Below, piece after piece: positions 9,308-18,945 of a DNA stretch of 64,000 bases. This DNA is from Candidatus Latescibacterota bacterium (lineage in GTDB: Bacteria > Latescibacterota > UBA2968 > GCA-2709665). The notes beneath the pieces are model-generated. The model searched no databases, was not told the DNA's origin, and saw only the letters and a program-made list of their open reading frames with translations. Both the position numbers and the translations under genes were made by a program. The stretch's first letter is position 1. Each line of letters opens with the position of its first letter. Where the stretch lies: assembly GCA_965248435.1 (NCBI GenBank), contig OZ252100.1, positions 1,824,001 to 1,888,000 on the forward strand, written 5' to 3'.

Positions 9308-10531
9308 TCACCAACTCCTGCTGCGTCTTTTACTGGAAAGGGTTTTGATGACTGAATCCAGCACGACCATCGGCTGTGTCCCGCTTTGTGTTACGCGTGT
9401 CTGCAGACCGCCCGGGATGCCGAAATGATCGTGTGCTTTCACCCCTCGCTCCACACCTTCGATCTGGACAGATCCCTCCCCACGTACGACCGACACGATC
9501 CGAAAGTCATCGACATCGAACGAATACCCCGCCGGATTGATCCGGGTCAGGCTCAATTCGAGCCCCCCGCTCCCCTCCCGGTTGGTCACCGTATAAGGAA
9601 TCAGCGTCGAGCGCCAGGAAGATGGCATACCCTCCAGCTTGCTGATTTCTCGCTCCAGATGTATCATCTGACTCAAAGGAGGGCTCTCCCGATCGACTTC
9701 CGTCGTGATCTCCTCCACGGACTGCTGCTGTGGAATCACATCTAGAAAGACACCCCACCCACTGTGCTTCAGTGAACCGAAGATGAACGGGACGTGATGA
9801 ATTTCATCAGACGTATTGACCCATCCGTGATCGGTGTTCGGAGGGATCGGCATGGCGTAGCCTTCATCGATACTTGCCCGATATCTGCCAAGGACAGTCT
9901 TCCCGTGTGTCGGGTTGTAGCCCAGATGGATCTCCACCCCCTGCCTGTGGCGATGCGTGGGTACGTTGCGCTCCTCCCCTCCCAGATGCGCGAGATTCCA
10001 GGAGTGATGATCACCGTAAACCAGAGGAACGATCGTGATACCGAGATTTGGAACGACGAAAGAGGCCTGCTTTGGGGCCTCGACATCTCGCGTAAGGTGA
10101 ATACCGTTGTTAGCAGTGATCTCCTGAATGATCTCGGCAAAACGCTGAACCACACGCTCGATTTCCGGATCCCTGGATGCGCGATAGTCTCCTTCCAATG
10201 ACTCGATCACGCGCAGCAAGCTGCGGTGGTAGCGGTAAAGCGTGGAGACGACGACACGAAAGTCCTCCGGTACAGGCTCCATAGCTTGGTCAGCAAGATC
10301 TTGAAGCCCATCAACCGCTCGCTGCCGGTTGGCTGCAGCCAACGGATCCGTACCGGGCCGTTCTCGAAGTGCGATCCCGGTGGCGTGAAAAGTCCCGATC
10401 GTGTGTAGACGATACGCGTAGCTATAAAGGCGAGCTTGCGTTATATCATCAGCGGTGATCCCCTCCGGGCTTCGGTTCTTTTCGTGGCTCTGATAGGCCT
10501 TATCGATCAGATCCTTATACGCCGGATGCAT
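9308..10531 (-). CDS. Uncharacterised bicupin-like metalloprotein
   Basis: Cupin motif 1 PTHRHRQGVEIH and motif 2 PIPPNTDHGWVN; second ligand-less cupin (VVRGEGSVQIEG...HFGIPGG). ATG 10531 overlaps upstream gene end. Confidence 0.7.
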   Translation of the reverse strand: MHPAYKDLIDKAYQSHEKNRSPEGITADDITQARLYSYAYRLHTIGTFHATGIALRERPGTDPLAAANRQRAVDGLQDLADQAMEPVPEDFRVVVSTLYRYHRSLLRVIESLEGDYRASRDPEIERVVQRFAEIIQEITANNGIHLTRDVEAPKQASFVVPNLGITIVPLVYGDHHSWNLAHLGGEERNVPTHRHRQGVEIHLGYNPTHGKTVLGRYRASIDEGYAMPIPPNTDHGWVNTSDEIHHVPFIFGSLKHSGWGVFLDVIPQQQSVEEITTEVDRESPPLSQMIHLEREISKLEGMPSSWRSTLIPYTVTNREGSGGLELSLTRINPAGYSFDVDDFRIVSVVRGEGSVQIEGVERGVKAHDHFGIPGGLQTRVTQSGTQPMVVLDSVIKTLSSKRRSRSW

Positions 10532-11471
10532 ACGTAGGGTCACGTTGCAGCTCCTGGACAAGATCATCTGTGAGCGACTCGAGGTCGTAGTGGGGTTTCC
10601 AGCCCCAGTCGCTCCGTGAAGAGGTATCGTCGATTTCGGTTGGCCAGCTTTCGATGAGGTCTACGACCTCCTGATCCGGATCGAAAACCAGTTCAGCTTC
10701 CGGAAGGCGGAGGCATATGGCATCGGAAATCTGCTTCGCCGAGGGGGCCATTGCGTGGATGTTATACACACGTCGTGTCAATCCACCGCTCGGCGCTTCG
10801 AGCATCCCGACGATGGCTCGCAGCACATCCTTAACGTAGATGATCGAGGGACTGGTTTCGGGCCGGACCTTGAACGTAAAGTGGCTGGACCGGGCTGCTT
10901 CAACGAACGCGCGGGATGCATATGCGCTGGCCGCACCAGAGTGTGCGAATGCAGAAATCACGACGGGCAGCCTGATGCAGCGAAAATCCAGGCCGTGCCT
11001 TTCGTGGTAGTAGACACCCAGACGCTCCACAGCAGCCTTCGTCACGCCGTAAAGGCCGCTGGGCCATTGTGGGAAATCTTCAGGAAGCGGGCTGGGTAGC
11101 GCCCCCCCATAAGAGGCGAGTGAACTCGGGAAAAAGACCTGCTCAACACCTTGTTCGAGGGCCAGCTCAAAAAGCGCGAACGCTCCATCCAGGTTGATAC
11201 CCCAGGCTCGACTTCGCTCCAGTTCGGATCGGCCGGACAGCAGCGACGAAAAATGGAGGACGACTTGCGGACGGGTTTCACGCAGCGCCGCAGAAACGGC
11301 TTCGTGGGACGTTATATCACCGCGTATGTATCTACAGCCCTCGGCAGACGCCCCCGCGGGCCCATCGGCCACGTCGAACAAGACGACCCGATGGCCCCGC
11401 TCCGCCAAATCGAAGGTCAGCTGGCAGGCAAGGTTTCCGGCACCACCGGTTATAAGATAGGTACGACTCAC
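10515..11471 (-). CDS. NAD-dependent epimerase/dehydratase (extended SDR, L-threonine dehydrogenase-like)
   Basis: LITGGAGNL, FPSSLASYG, YGVTK catalytic motif, GLDFRCIRLP, SWP..IDD...R.DWGW. Confidence 0.85.
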   Translation of the reverse strand: MSRTYLITGGAGNLACQLTFDLAERGHRVVLFDVADGPAGASAEGCRYIRGDITSHEAVSAALRETRPQVVLHFSSLLSGRSELERSRAWGINLDGAFALFELALEQGVEQVFFPSSLASYGGALPSPLPEDFPQWPSGLYGVTKAAVERLGVYYHERHGLDFRCIRLPVVISAFAHSGAASAYASRAFVEAARSSHFTFKVRPETSPSIIYVKDVLRAIVGMLEAPSGGLTRRVYNIHAMAPSAKQISDAICLRLPEAELVFDPDQEVVDLIESWPTEIDDTSSRSDWGWKPHYDLESLTDDLVQELQRDPTYASGV

Positions 11472-11959
11472 GCTTTGTTCCTGAAAGGTCCCGGAATCAA
11501 CTGCAGGTCCATTTCTGCGAAACTCTCTTCTTCTTCATCCCACCGAAAGGCCTTTTTCCCCTTCAGCTCTCCTTCTACGACAGAAACGACAAGGTAGGTG
11601 ACCTCGGGAAACGCAGGTTGTCCGAATGGAGTCGCTGCCATTCGATCTTCTTCGGAAAAATAGGCATCGCAATCGATATGGGAGTGGTAGAATGCCACAA
11701 CTCGGCCGCCCGCCCCCTCAGCCTCAGTCACGATGCGATGAACTTGAAGGTCATCCATCCTGTAGGCCTCCCTGGATGTACGGGGATGCGCCTCCGGATC
11801 AGTCGAATGCAGTCGGTCCTGAATGTTGTCGCACCGATGAACCCGATGGATGCCGCCGCCATCCTCCGTGACAATCCCACAGCATTCGGCGGGGTAATCC
11901 CGCTTCGAGTGGTCGAAGATCTCATCCCACATTTCAGTTGCGAGATCAGGCACCGTCAT
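11468..11959 (-). CDS. JAMM/MPN+ (M67) metalloprotease, Mec-like
   Basis: YP.ECCG and YHSHIDCDAYFSEED (H-S-H-x7-S-x2-D); next to cysM. Confidence 0.9.
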   Translation of the reverse strand: MTVPDLATEMWDEIFDHSKRDYPAECCGIVTEDGGGIHRVHRCDNIQDRLHSTDPEAHPRTSREAYRMDDLQVHRIVTEAEGAGGRVVAFYHSHIDCDAYFSEEDRMAATPFGQPAFPEVTYLVVSVVEGELKGKKAFRWDEEEESFAEMDLQLIPGPFRNKA

Positions 11960-12918
11960 GCGCCTTCTCCATCAAGTCGCCAGAGTGGCGTGCTTAGATA
12001 TTTTTCGCCACTGTCAGGAAACAGGGTGACAACGACACCGGACTCCGCTTCCTCCGCCACCCGAATTGCCCCAACAAGCGCAGCCCCGGAGGATTGTCCA
12101 GCCAGGATGCCCATCTCCCTCGTTAGAATGCGAACCGCCTCGTACGCCTCTTCGGTCTCCACCCGAATCTTGTTATCGTATCTCTTGGCGTCGTAGATCC
12201 CTGGAACGATCGAAACATCCATATTCTTCAAGCCCTCAATGCCGTGGAACTCTGGGGGCTCAACGGCAACGATCTGAATCTCAGGATTCAACTCCTTCAA
12301 GCGCCGCCCGGTGCCCATGACCGTTCCGCTCGTACCCAAGGTGGCCACAAAATGGGTGATCCGTCCATTCGTCTGTTCCCAGATCTCGGACGCGGTGTGT
12401 AGGTAGTGTGCTTTGGGGTTTGAAGGATTGTTATACTGGTCCGGCTTGAAATACACGCCAGGATTCTGATCCACGATCTCTCGGCATTTCAAGATCGCCC
12501 CGTCTGATCCTTCGACTGGATCGCTCAAATCAAGATCCGCGCCGAAGGAATGAATAACGTGCCGCCGCTCCATACTCACGCTCTCAGGCATCACTAATTC
12601 CACTCTGTAGCCGAGTGCCGCGCCGATCATCGCATACGCGATTCCCGTGTTCCCCGACGTGGAGTCTATGATGATCTTTTCGGGCGTTAGATCGCCCGAG
12701 GCCTCGGCATCCCGGATCATCTGAAGGGCAGGCCGATCCTTCACAGAACCACCGGGGTTGAACATTTCCAATTTCGCGTAAAGCTCAACGTCCCGAAGAT
12801 GATCCACCAGCTTTCGGATCCTGAGCAGAGGGGTATTCCCGATCTCTTCCAGGATCGAAGATTTGATGGAAAATCCACTTCCGAGCTCGGTTTTTGCCTC
12901 GAGGTTCAATACGTTCAT
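11956..12918 (-). CDS. cysM: Cysteine synthase (CysM-type PLP enzyme)
   Basis: IGNTPL, KLEMFNPGGSVKDRPA, STSGNTGIA, DQYNNPSN, LGTSGT, DSGEKYLST. Start uncertain (12918 or 12939). Confidence 0.82.
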   Translation of the reverse strand: MNVLNLEAKTELGSGFSIKSSILEEIGNTPLLRIRKLVDHLRDVELYAKLEMFNPGGSVKDRPALQMIRDAEASGDLTPEKIIIDSTSGNTGIAYAMIGAALGYRVELVMPESVSMERRHVIHSFGADLDLSDPVEGSDGAILKCREIVDQNPGVYFKPDQYNNPSNPKAHYLHTASEIWEQTNGRITHFVATLGTSGTVMGTGRRLKELNPEIQIVAVEPPEFHGIEGLKNMDVSIVPGIYDAKRYDNKIRVETEEAYEAVRILTREMGILAGQSSGAALVGAIRVAEEAESGVVVTLFPDSGEKYLSTPLWRLDGEGA

Positions 12919-12995
12919 AGGCTGAAGTCTTGGTTCCAACCGCAGTGGACCTACAAAAATGGCCCCATAAAGGGACCATTTTTGGACTGTGTATT

Positions 12996-13028
12996 ACAAT
13001 ATGATTTATGACCAATCTTGTCAAGAAT
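12996..13028 (-). promoter_or_regulatory. Sigma-70 promoter of the cysM operon with overlapping TGAC-N7-GTCA palindrome
   Basis: TTGACA (13024-13019)-N17-TATTGT (13001-12996); site ATTCTTGACAAGATTGGTCATAAAT. Confidence 0.6.
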
Positions 13029-13082
13029 CAAAATCTAGCCGACGTTACCCCCTGGAAGATGATCAAAATTGCAGCAACGCAT

Positions 13083-13823
13083 CTACGCCGACTTCTCCTC
13101 TGTTTCCCCAATCGCAACAAACGAAGTGTGAATCCCGCATTCGTCCTTTGAGGTCCCGACCCATCGACCAGAGCGCTCTTCCCCGCCGGCCACGGCCTTC
13201 TCGGTACAGGGCCAGCAGCCGAGGCTTGAGTATCCTTGATCCATAAGGGGATTATATGGGACCTCGTGCATCAAGATGTAGTCCCACACATCTTTTCGGG
13301 TCCAGCTCGCCATCGGGTTCACCTTCAGTATGTATTCGGCGCTTCCAACCTGGTAGGTTTCCAGAATCCCTGTCCGGCTCCGACTCGACGACTGGTCTCG
13401 CCTGATTCCCGTTATCCACCCATCCAATTCCGTAAGTTTTCGCTGCATCGGCTCGACTTTTCGCATCGCGCAGCACTTTCCCGGATTCCGTCCATACAGC
13501 GCAACCCCGAATGTTTCGTCCTGCTCATCAACGCCCAACTTGGGATGGAGCGTTTCAATCTCAACCGCGTAACGCCGCTCGACGCGCGCCTTTAATTCCA
13601 GGGTTTCCTGAAAAAGATAGCCCGTATCGATCGTAAAAATGGGGAGCTCCGGAACTTCCTTTTGAACGATATCGATCAGTACCATGCCGGTCGCGCCGAA
13701 CGCGGTGCTCATCTCGACCCTGGGGCCCAGATTTTCCCAGGCCCAGCGAACGATCTCACCCGTCGAAACAGTTTCGAACTCTGCCGAGAGGTGTTTCACA
13801 TCCAGACCGGCAAGCCGCTTCAC
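13083..13823 (-). CDS. cysH: Phosphoadenylyl-/adenylyl-sulfate reductase (Fe-S type)
   Basis: IDTGYLF.ET, CC..RKVEP, WITGIRRDQS, GYSSLGCWPCT, RSGRW, ECGIH; GTG start directly after cysC stop. Confidence 0.92.
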   Translation of the reverse strand: MKRLAGLDVKHLSAEFETVSTGEIVRWAWENLGPRVEMSTAFGATGMVLIDIVQKEVPELPIFTIDTGYLFQETLELKARVERRYAVEIETLHPKLGVDEQDETFGVALYGRNPGKCCAMRKVEPMQRKLTELDGWITGIRRDQSSSRSRTGILETYQVGSAEYILKVNPMASWTRKDVWDYILMHEVPYNPLMDQGYSSLGCWPCTEKAVAGGEERSGRWVGTSKDECGIHTSFVAIGETEEKSA

Positions 13824-13824
13824 G

Positions 13825-14376
13825 TCAATTAACTCCCTGCAAACCCTTTGGATCCAAATGTCCCAGTTCAACGAGCCTGTCGAGGATCTTCTGTGCACTC
13901 TCTTCTTCGGTCTCTTCAGCCGTCTTTACAACGACTTCAGCCTGATCAGGAGACTCATAGGGATCATCGATTCCTGTAAACTGCTTGATTTCTCCTGCCC
14001 GAGCCTTGGCATACAGCCCCTTCTTATCTCGCTTCTCACATTCTTCCAAAGGACAGTCGACAAAGACCTCCACAAAATCTCCGATCTCCGCCCGGCACCA
14101 GGCCCGTGTCTCCTTGTACGGGCTGATCGCGGCGGCGATGGCGACCACACCGTTGCGCGTGAGGAGTTTCGCTACCCAACCGATGCGCCTGATGTTGGTA
14201 TCCCGATCCGCCTTCGAAAACCCGAGCCCTTTCGAAAGGTTTGTCCTCACCTCATCTCCGTCCAGGACCTCAACTTTTCGGCCCGTCTGCCTCAGTCTGG
14301 GGGCAATGGCTTCTGCAAGCGTCGACTTGCCTGACCCGGACAGGCCCGTAAACCATACGGTTACTCCACGTCCCAT
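13825..14376 (-). CDS. cysC: Adenylyl-sulfate kinase
   Basis: [51 protein letters not shown]. Confidence 0.95.
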   Translation of the reverse strand: MGRGVTVWFTGLSGSGKSTLAEAIAPRLRQTGRKVEVLDGDEVRTNLSKGLGFSKADRDTNIRRIGWVAKLLTRNGVVAIAAAISPYKETRAWCRAEIGDFVEVFVDCPLEECEKRDKKGLYAKARAGEIKQFTGIDDPYESPDQAEVVVKTAEETEEESAQKILDRLVELGHLDPKGLQGVN

Positions 14377-14415
14377 AGAATCTTCCTCTATTGATTGTTG
14401 ATTAAGTTGACCAAA

Positions 14416-14444
14416 AAAATAAACAAACATTCTTGCATTGTCAA
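14416..14444 (-). promoter_or_regulatory. Sigma-70 promoter upstream of cysC
   Basis: TTGACA-N17-TATTTT on minus strand in an AT-rich region. Confidence 0.5.
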
Positions 14445-14633
14445 GTCCACGATTTCCGTGCTTCGGGAAAATGAATACAACATATTGTATTATAACAGTT
14501 TATGTAATAACATCCCCATAAAGAGAGGTTATAACTACCTTGACTTCAATAAAGATTGTTGTCATATTAGACACGACGAGGGGTGGCGGATCAAGTTCGG
14601 TCAGGTTTTCGACCGCAAACCTTATTAAGGCAC

Positions 14634-14665
14634 AAAAAAGGCCCGATGCTTCCGCAATCAGGGCC
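14634..14665 (-). terminator. Intrinsic terminator downstream of tRNA-Lys
   Basis: GGCCC(T)GAT...ATCGGGCC stem followed by TTTTTT on minus strand. Confidence 0.65.
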
Positions 14666-14726
14666 GTTATTTTTTTCTCCAGAACTCATAGAAGCTGGCG
14701 TCGGACCTTCACGGCACATACAGAAA

Positions 14727-14798
14727 TGAGCCCGGAAGGAATTGAACCTTCGACCAACGGCTTAAAAGGCCGCTGCTCTACCTCTGAGCTACGGGCCC
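14727..14798 (-). tRNA. tRNA-Lys(UUU), CCA not encoded
   Basis: Reverse complement GGGCCCGTAGCTCAGAGGTAGAGCAGCGGCCTTTTAAGCCGTTGGTCGAAGGTTCAATTCCTTCCGGGCTCA folds as a cloverleaf with anticodon TTT. Confidence 0.95.
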
Positions 14799-14854
14799 AT
14801 CTCTCTCCCTGCTCAAATGTCGTGATATTGCCACGCCAAGCGAATCGGGATTAG

Positions 14855-14883
14855 AATTTAGAAGTTCGGTCTTTCCCTGTCAA
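14855..14883 (-). promoter_or_regulatory. Sigma-70 promoter of tRNA-Lys
   Basis: TTGACA-N17-TAAATT on minus strand. Confidence 0.6.
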
Positions 14884-14900
14884 GGAAAAGGGCGCTCCTG

Positions 14901-16151
14901 ATGATGCATAGACGAAGAAGACGCGGAGCCCTAAGGTGGATGGCCTGGATCGGTGCTGGGCTGGGCTTGTTGCTCGTCAGCTTTGCCCTGATCCAAATCG
15001 ATGATGTCGTAAGGGGTCAGGGAATCGTAGATCCGGGTCAAAAAATCTACATCGATTCCCCGCTCAAACGTGTCGTCGAAAAGGTCTTCTGCTACCCTGG
15101 AACCCATATCGCTGCCAATCAGCCTGTTGCCCAGCTCTACGACGGCGATCTACGTACTGGCGTTGCGTCGGCAGACAAGGAAGTCCAGCGAGCTCAAGCA
15201 AATCTGGAAGCGGCTCGAGCATTCTTGTCGCTTCTGGAGGAAAGGCCTACGCCAGAGGAGCTCAGGATCGCGGAATCCAAGGTAGAACAGGCAGAAATCA
15301 ACCTGACCGCCAGAAAGCAAGACCTCCAAAGGGCCAAACACCTTTACCTGGGAGAACGCCTGTGGAGCCGGGAAGACATCGAGCGGGCGCGAACCAACCA
15401 CGAACTCGCCCAGGCCGGCCTCAAGCTGGCCGTAGGGACCTATAACCTGGTGAGGAGAGGGGCTTCGCCAGCAGAGTTACGGCAAGCCGAGGCCGAAGTG
15501 CGCCAGACAGAGGCCGCGCTCGACAAGTCCCGGCACAGCCTTGATGCGGCTCGAGAGGAACTCGAGCTGGCTACCCTTAGATCCCCAGTCGATGGCGTTG
15601 TAGCGCGACTGGACCTGCACCCTGGAATGCTTGCCGAACAGGGGCAGATCGTGATGATTATCGCCGGTAATGCACGTGGTCCGGTGATCGATGCGTGGGT
15701 CTCTGAGACCAGTGCCTGGAAAATTCGGCTGGGAAATCGCGTAGAGATCCTGAGCAACCTGTTCACAGATCCTGAGGCCTTCATGGCTTTCGGGGAAATA
15801 TCAAAGTTCTACGGTTACGCGGTTCACGAAGGCGGCTCAAGAAGCTTTGAACTGGGAGTCGGCATCAAGGACACGCCTTTGCCCCTCAAATACGGATCCA
15901 CTGCTGACCTATACATAATAGTTGGCAGGAGAAGCATCCTGAAGATCCTGCTTGGAATCGAGAATCGAAGCGCAATCCAGGACAGCCAAAGTCACGACTA
16001 TCTTGCCCGGCCCGGATCCGGCTCCAAAGGATCCCCTCGAGGGCAGGGCACCGCCGAAGTCGCCTCGCCGTCTCCCTCCGATTCAGGCAAAACCACGGTT
16101 GATTCTGCTGCAACAAGCAGCAGCATTGGAGCGCTGAACGCTCGTCCCTGA
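14901..16151 (+). CDS. HlyD-family membrane fusion/periplasmic adaptor protein
   Basis: Basic N-terminus plus TM helix, first lipoyl half, long coiled coil, LRSPVDGVV second lipoyl half; Ser/Pro-rich tail. Confidence 0.82.
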   Translation: MMHRRRRRGALRWMAWIGAGLGLLLVSFALIQIDDVVRGQGIVDPGQKIYIDSPLKRVVEKVFCYPGTHIAANQPVAQLYDGDLRTGVASADKEVQRAQANLEAARAFLSLLEERPTPEELRIAESKVEQAEINLTARKQDLQRAKHLYLGERLWSREDIERARTNHELAQAGLKLAVGTYNLVRRGASPAELRQAEAEVRQTEAALDKSRHSLDAAREELELATLRSPVDGVVARLDLHPGMLAEQGQIVMIIAGNARGPVIDAWVSETSAWKIRLGNRVEILSNLFTDPEAFMAFGEISKFYGYAVHEGGSRSFELGVGIKDTPLPLKYGSTADLYIIVGRRSILKILLGIENRSAIQDSQSHDYLARPGSGSKGSPRGQGTAEVASPSPSDSGKTTVDSAATSSSIGALNARP

Positions 16152-16272
16152 GAGGGCGCTTCGGTCCCACAAAATGCCTTGCCCACGGCTGGGGCTTCCT
16201 TTATATTCGCTTTCTCCTCCACAGTAAATCCATCCGTTGAGTCCCAACTCCAACGATTGAGATGCAGCAAAA

Positions 16273-18945
16273 ATGGCGAAACGAAAACGGAGCAATAAGC
16301 CAGGACAGAAACGAAAACGCTATGCCTATTTCTTTGGGAATGGCGCGGCCGAAGGAGACGGGGGTCTGAAGAACCTGCTCGGCGGCAAGGGGGCCAACCT
16401 GGCAGAGATGTCGCTCATAGGTGTACCGGTCCCTGCAGGTTTCACGATCAGCACCGAGGTTTGCACTTACACCTATCAGCACAACAAGCGATATCCAGCG
16501 GATCTCCAGAGGCAAGTCTCGTTGAACGTTAAGAATGTAGAATCGGCCATGGGCGGAACGTTCGGAGACCCAGAAAACCCACTGCTACTCTCAGTCCGTT
16601 CAGGCGCACGTGTTTCTATGCCGGGAATGATGGAGACCGTTCTAAATCTTGGACTGAACGACGAAATCGCCAGCGGTCTCATTCAAAAATCTGGAAACGA
16701 GCGCTTTGTCTACGACGCCTACAGACGTCTAATCCAGACTTATGGCGATGTCGTAATGGGCGTTCAACCCGAGGCTAAGGAAATCGATCCATTCGAGGCC
16801 GCGATCGAAAATCTCAAGACCCGTCGCGGTATCCACCTTGACTCAGAACTTTCCACGGAAGACCTTCGAGCGCTCGTGGCCAGCTTCAAGAAGATCGTAA
16901 GGCGAAAATCGGGAAGAGACTTTCCTGATGATCCCTTCGAGCAACTCTGGGGTGCGATCGGAGCCGTTTTCTCTTCGTGGAACGGTAGGCGCGCCATCGT
17001 CTACCGAGAAATTCACGGAATTCCGCACGATTGGGGTACGGCCGTGAACGTTCAAGCTATGGTCTTCGGAAACATGGGCCCGGATTGTGCCACCGGAGTT
17101 GCCTTCACGAGGAATCCGTCCACGGGTGAGAAGAAGTTCTACGGCGAGTACCTCGTGAACGCACAAGGAGAGGACGTCGTAGCCGGAGTCCGCACACCTG
17201 AGCCCGTAGCCAAAATGAAAAGATCGCTTCCAAAGGCCTATCAGACCCTGGAGCGAATCTACAAAAAACTGGAGCGACACTTCCGGGACATGCAGGACAT
17301 AGAATTCACCGTTCAAGAGGGTCGACTCTGGATGCTTCAGACACGTACAGGGAAGCGGACAGCCGCCGCCGGTTTGAAGATTGCCGTGGACATGGTCCGC
17401 GAGGGACTTATCAGTAAAAAGAAGGCGATCGCCCGAATCGACCCATCACAACTCGATCAGCTCCTGCATCCTACATTCGATCCCAAGGCCCCGCGCGAAG
17501 TCTTGACCAAAGGCCTGCCGGCTTCTCCTGGAGCTGCGACAGGACAGATCGTCTTTCAAGCCGATGAGGCTGAGGAGTGGGCAGCAAAAAGCAAAGATGT
17601 CATCCTCGTCCGATTGGAAACTTCTCCCGAGGACATCGGAGGCATGAATGCCGCTCGAGGTATCTTAACGGCTCGCGGCGGGATGACTTCGCACGCAGCA
17701 GTAGTCGCGAGAGGAATGGGCAAGTGCTGTGTCGCCGGCTGTGGCGACCTTACGATCGACTATAAGAAGGAATCGATGGTCGTAAATGGCAAAACCGTCA
17801 AGGCGGGAGATTGGATTTCAATCGATGGATCTTCCGGCGAGGTCATGCTCGGCGAAGTGAAAACTCAACAGCCCAGGCTTTCGGGAAACTTCACGACCAT
17901 CATGCGGTGGGCGGACAGCATTCGGAAACTAAGAGTGCGTGCAAATGCAGACACGCCGCACGATTCTGAGGTCGCTCGGAAATTCGGGGCCGAAGGAATC
18001 GGTCTCTGCCGAACGGAACATATGTTCTTCGAAGGAGATCGGATTTTGGCCGTAAGGGAAATGATTCTCGCAGATGACGAAGCGGGGCGCCGAAAAGCCC
18101 TTGAAAAACTGCTGCCAATCCAGCAGGCGGATTTCGAAGGGATTTTCAAAGCGATGAAGGGACTCCCGGTTACCATCCGTCTGCTCGACCCCCCCCTTCA
18201 CGAATTCCTTCCCCACGAACGGGACCAGCAAAGAGAAATGGCTGGCCAGATGGGCGTGTCCCAAAAGCGGATAGAAGAGAAGGTCGCGGCGCTCGAAGAG
18301 TTCAATCCGATGCTGGGACACCGTGGGTGCCGCTTGGGCATAACCTACCCTGAAATCTACGAAATGCAGGTCCGTGCAATCTTCCTGGCGGCCGCGAAGG
18401 TCAGAAAGAGGCGGATCAGAGCTATCCCCGAAGTGATGATCCCGCTCGTGGGTACGGTGAAGGAATTCACCCAGCTCGCAGACATGGTCAGACAGATCGG
18501 CACTCAGGTCATGAAAGAAGAGAAGGTCAAGATCTCGTATTTGGTGGGCACAATGATCGAGGTCCCCAGGGCAGCGCTGGTAGCCGATAAGATCGCAGAG
18601 TCGGCAGAATTTTTCAGCTTTGGCACAAACGACCTTACTCAGATGACATTTGGCTACTCCAGAGACGATGCAGGTAAATTTCTACCTGATTATCTGGAGC
18701 AGGGCATCCTGGATTGTGACCCCTTTCAAAGCCTCGATCAGGAGGGCGTTGGTCAACTCGTTCAAATGGGCACCGAAGCTGGGCGAAGCACAAGGAGAGA
18801 TCTCAAAGTCGGCATCTGCGGTGAACACGGCGGAGATCCAGCTTCGGTCGTGTTCTGCCATCGAACAGGAATGGATTATGTTTCGTGTTCTCCGTTTCGC
18901 GTACCCATTGCGCGCCTGGCAGCGGCACAGGCCGCCGTCGAATAA
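16273..18945 (+). CDS. ppdK: Pyruvate, phosphate dikinase
   Basis: LLGGKGANLAEM, LLSVRSGARVSMPGMM, GGMTSHAAVVARG (phospho-His), GIGLCRTEHMFF, GICGEHGGDP. Confidence 0.98.
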   Translation: MAKRKRSNKPGQKRKRYAYFFGNGAAEGDGGLKNLLGGKGANLAEMSLIGVPVPAGFTISTEVCTYTYQHNKRYPADLQRQVSLNVKNVESAMGGTFGDPENPLLLSVRSGARVSMPGMMETVLNLGLNDEIASGLIQKSGNERFVYDAYRRLIQTYGDVVMGVQPEAKEIDPFEAAIENLKTRRGIHLDSELSTEDLRALVASFKKIVRRKSGRDFPDDPFEQLWGAIGAVFSSWNGRRAIVYREIHGIPHDWGTAVNVQAMVFGNMGPDCATGVAFTRNPSTGEKKFYGEYLVNAQGEDVVAGVRTPEPVAKMKRSLPKAYQTLERIYKKLERHFRDMQDIEFTVQEGRLWMLQTRTGKRTAAAGLKIAVDMVREGLISKKKAIARIDPSQLDQLLHPTFDPKAPREVLTKGLPASPGAATGQIVFQADEAEEWAAKSKDVILVRLETSPEDIGGMNAARGILTARGGMTSHAAVVARGMGKCCVAGCGDLTIDYKKESMVVNGKTVKAGDWISIDGSSGEVMLGEVKTQQPRLSGNFTTIMRWADSIRKLRVRANADTPHDSEVARKFGAEGIGLCRTEHMFFEGDRILAVREMILADDEAGRRKALEKLLPIQQADFEGIFKAMKGLPVTIRLLDPPLHEFLPHERDQQREMAGQMGVSQKRIEEKVAALEEFNPMLGHRGCRLGITYPEIYEMQVRAIFLAAAKVRKRRIRAIPEVMIPLVGTVKEFTQLADMVRQIGTQVMKEEKVKISYLVGTMIEVPRAALVADKIAESAEFFSFGTNDLTQMTFGYSRDDAGKFLPDYLEQGILDCDPFQSLDQEGVGQLVQMGTEAGRSTRRDLKVGICGEHGGDPASVVFCHRTGMDYVSCSPFRVPIARLAAAQAAVE

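Noticed and set aside
14395-14854. Short ORFs in the AT-rich cysC-tRNA gap, and tRNA-Lys as an integration site
   Set aside because: ORFs overlap promoter, terminator and tRNA; no integrase and no duplicated tRNA 3' end seen.
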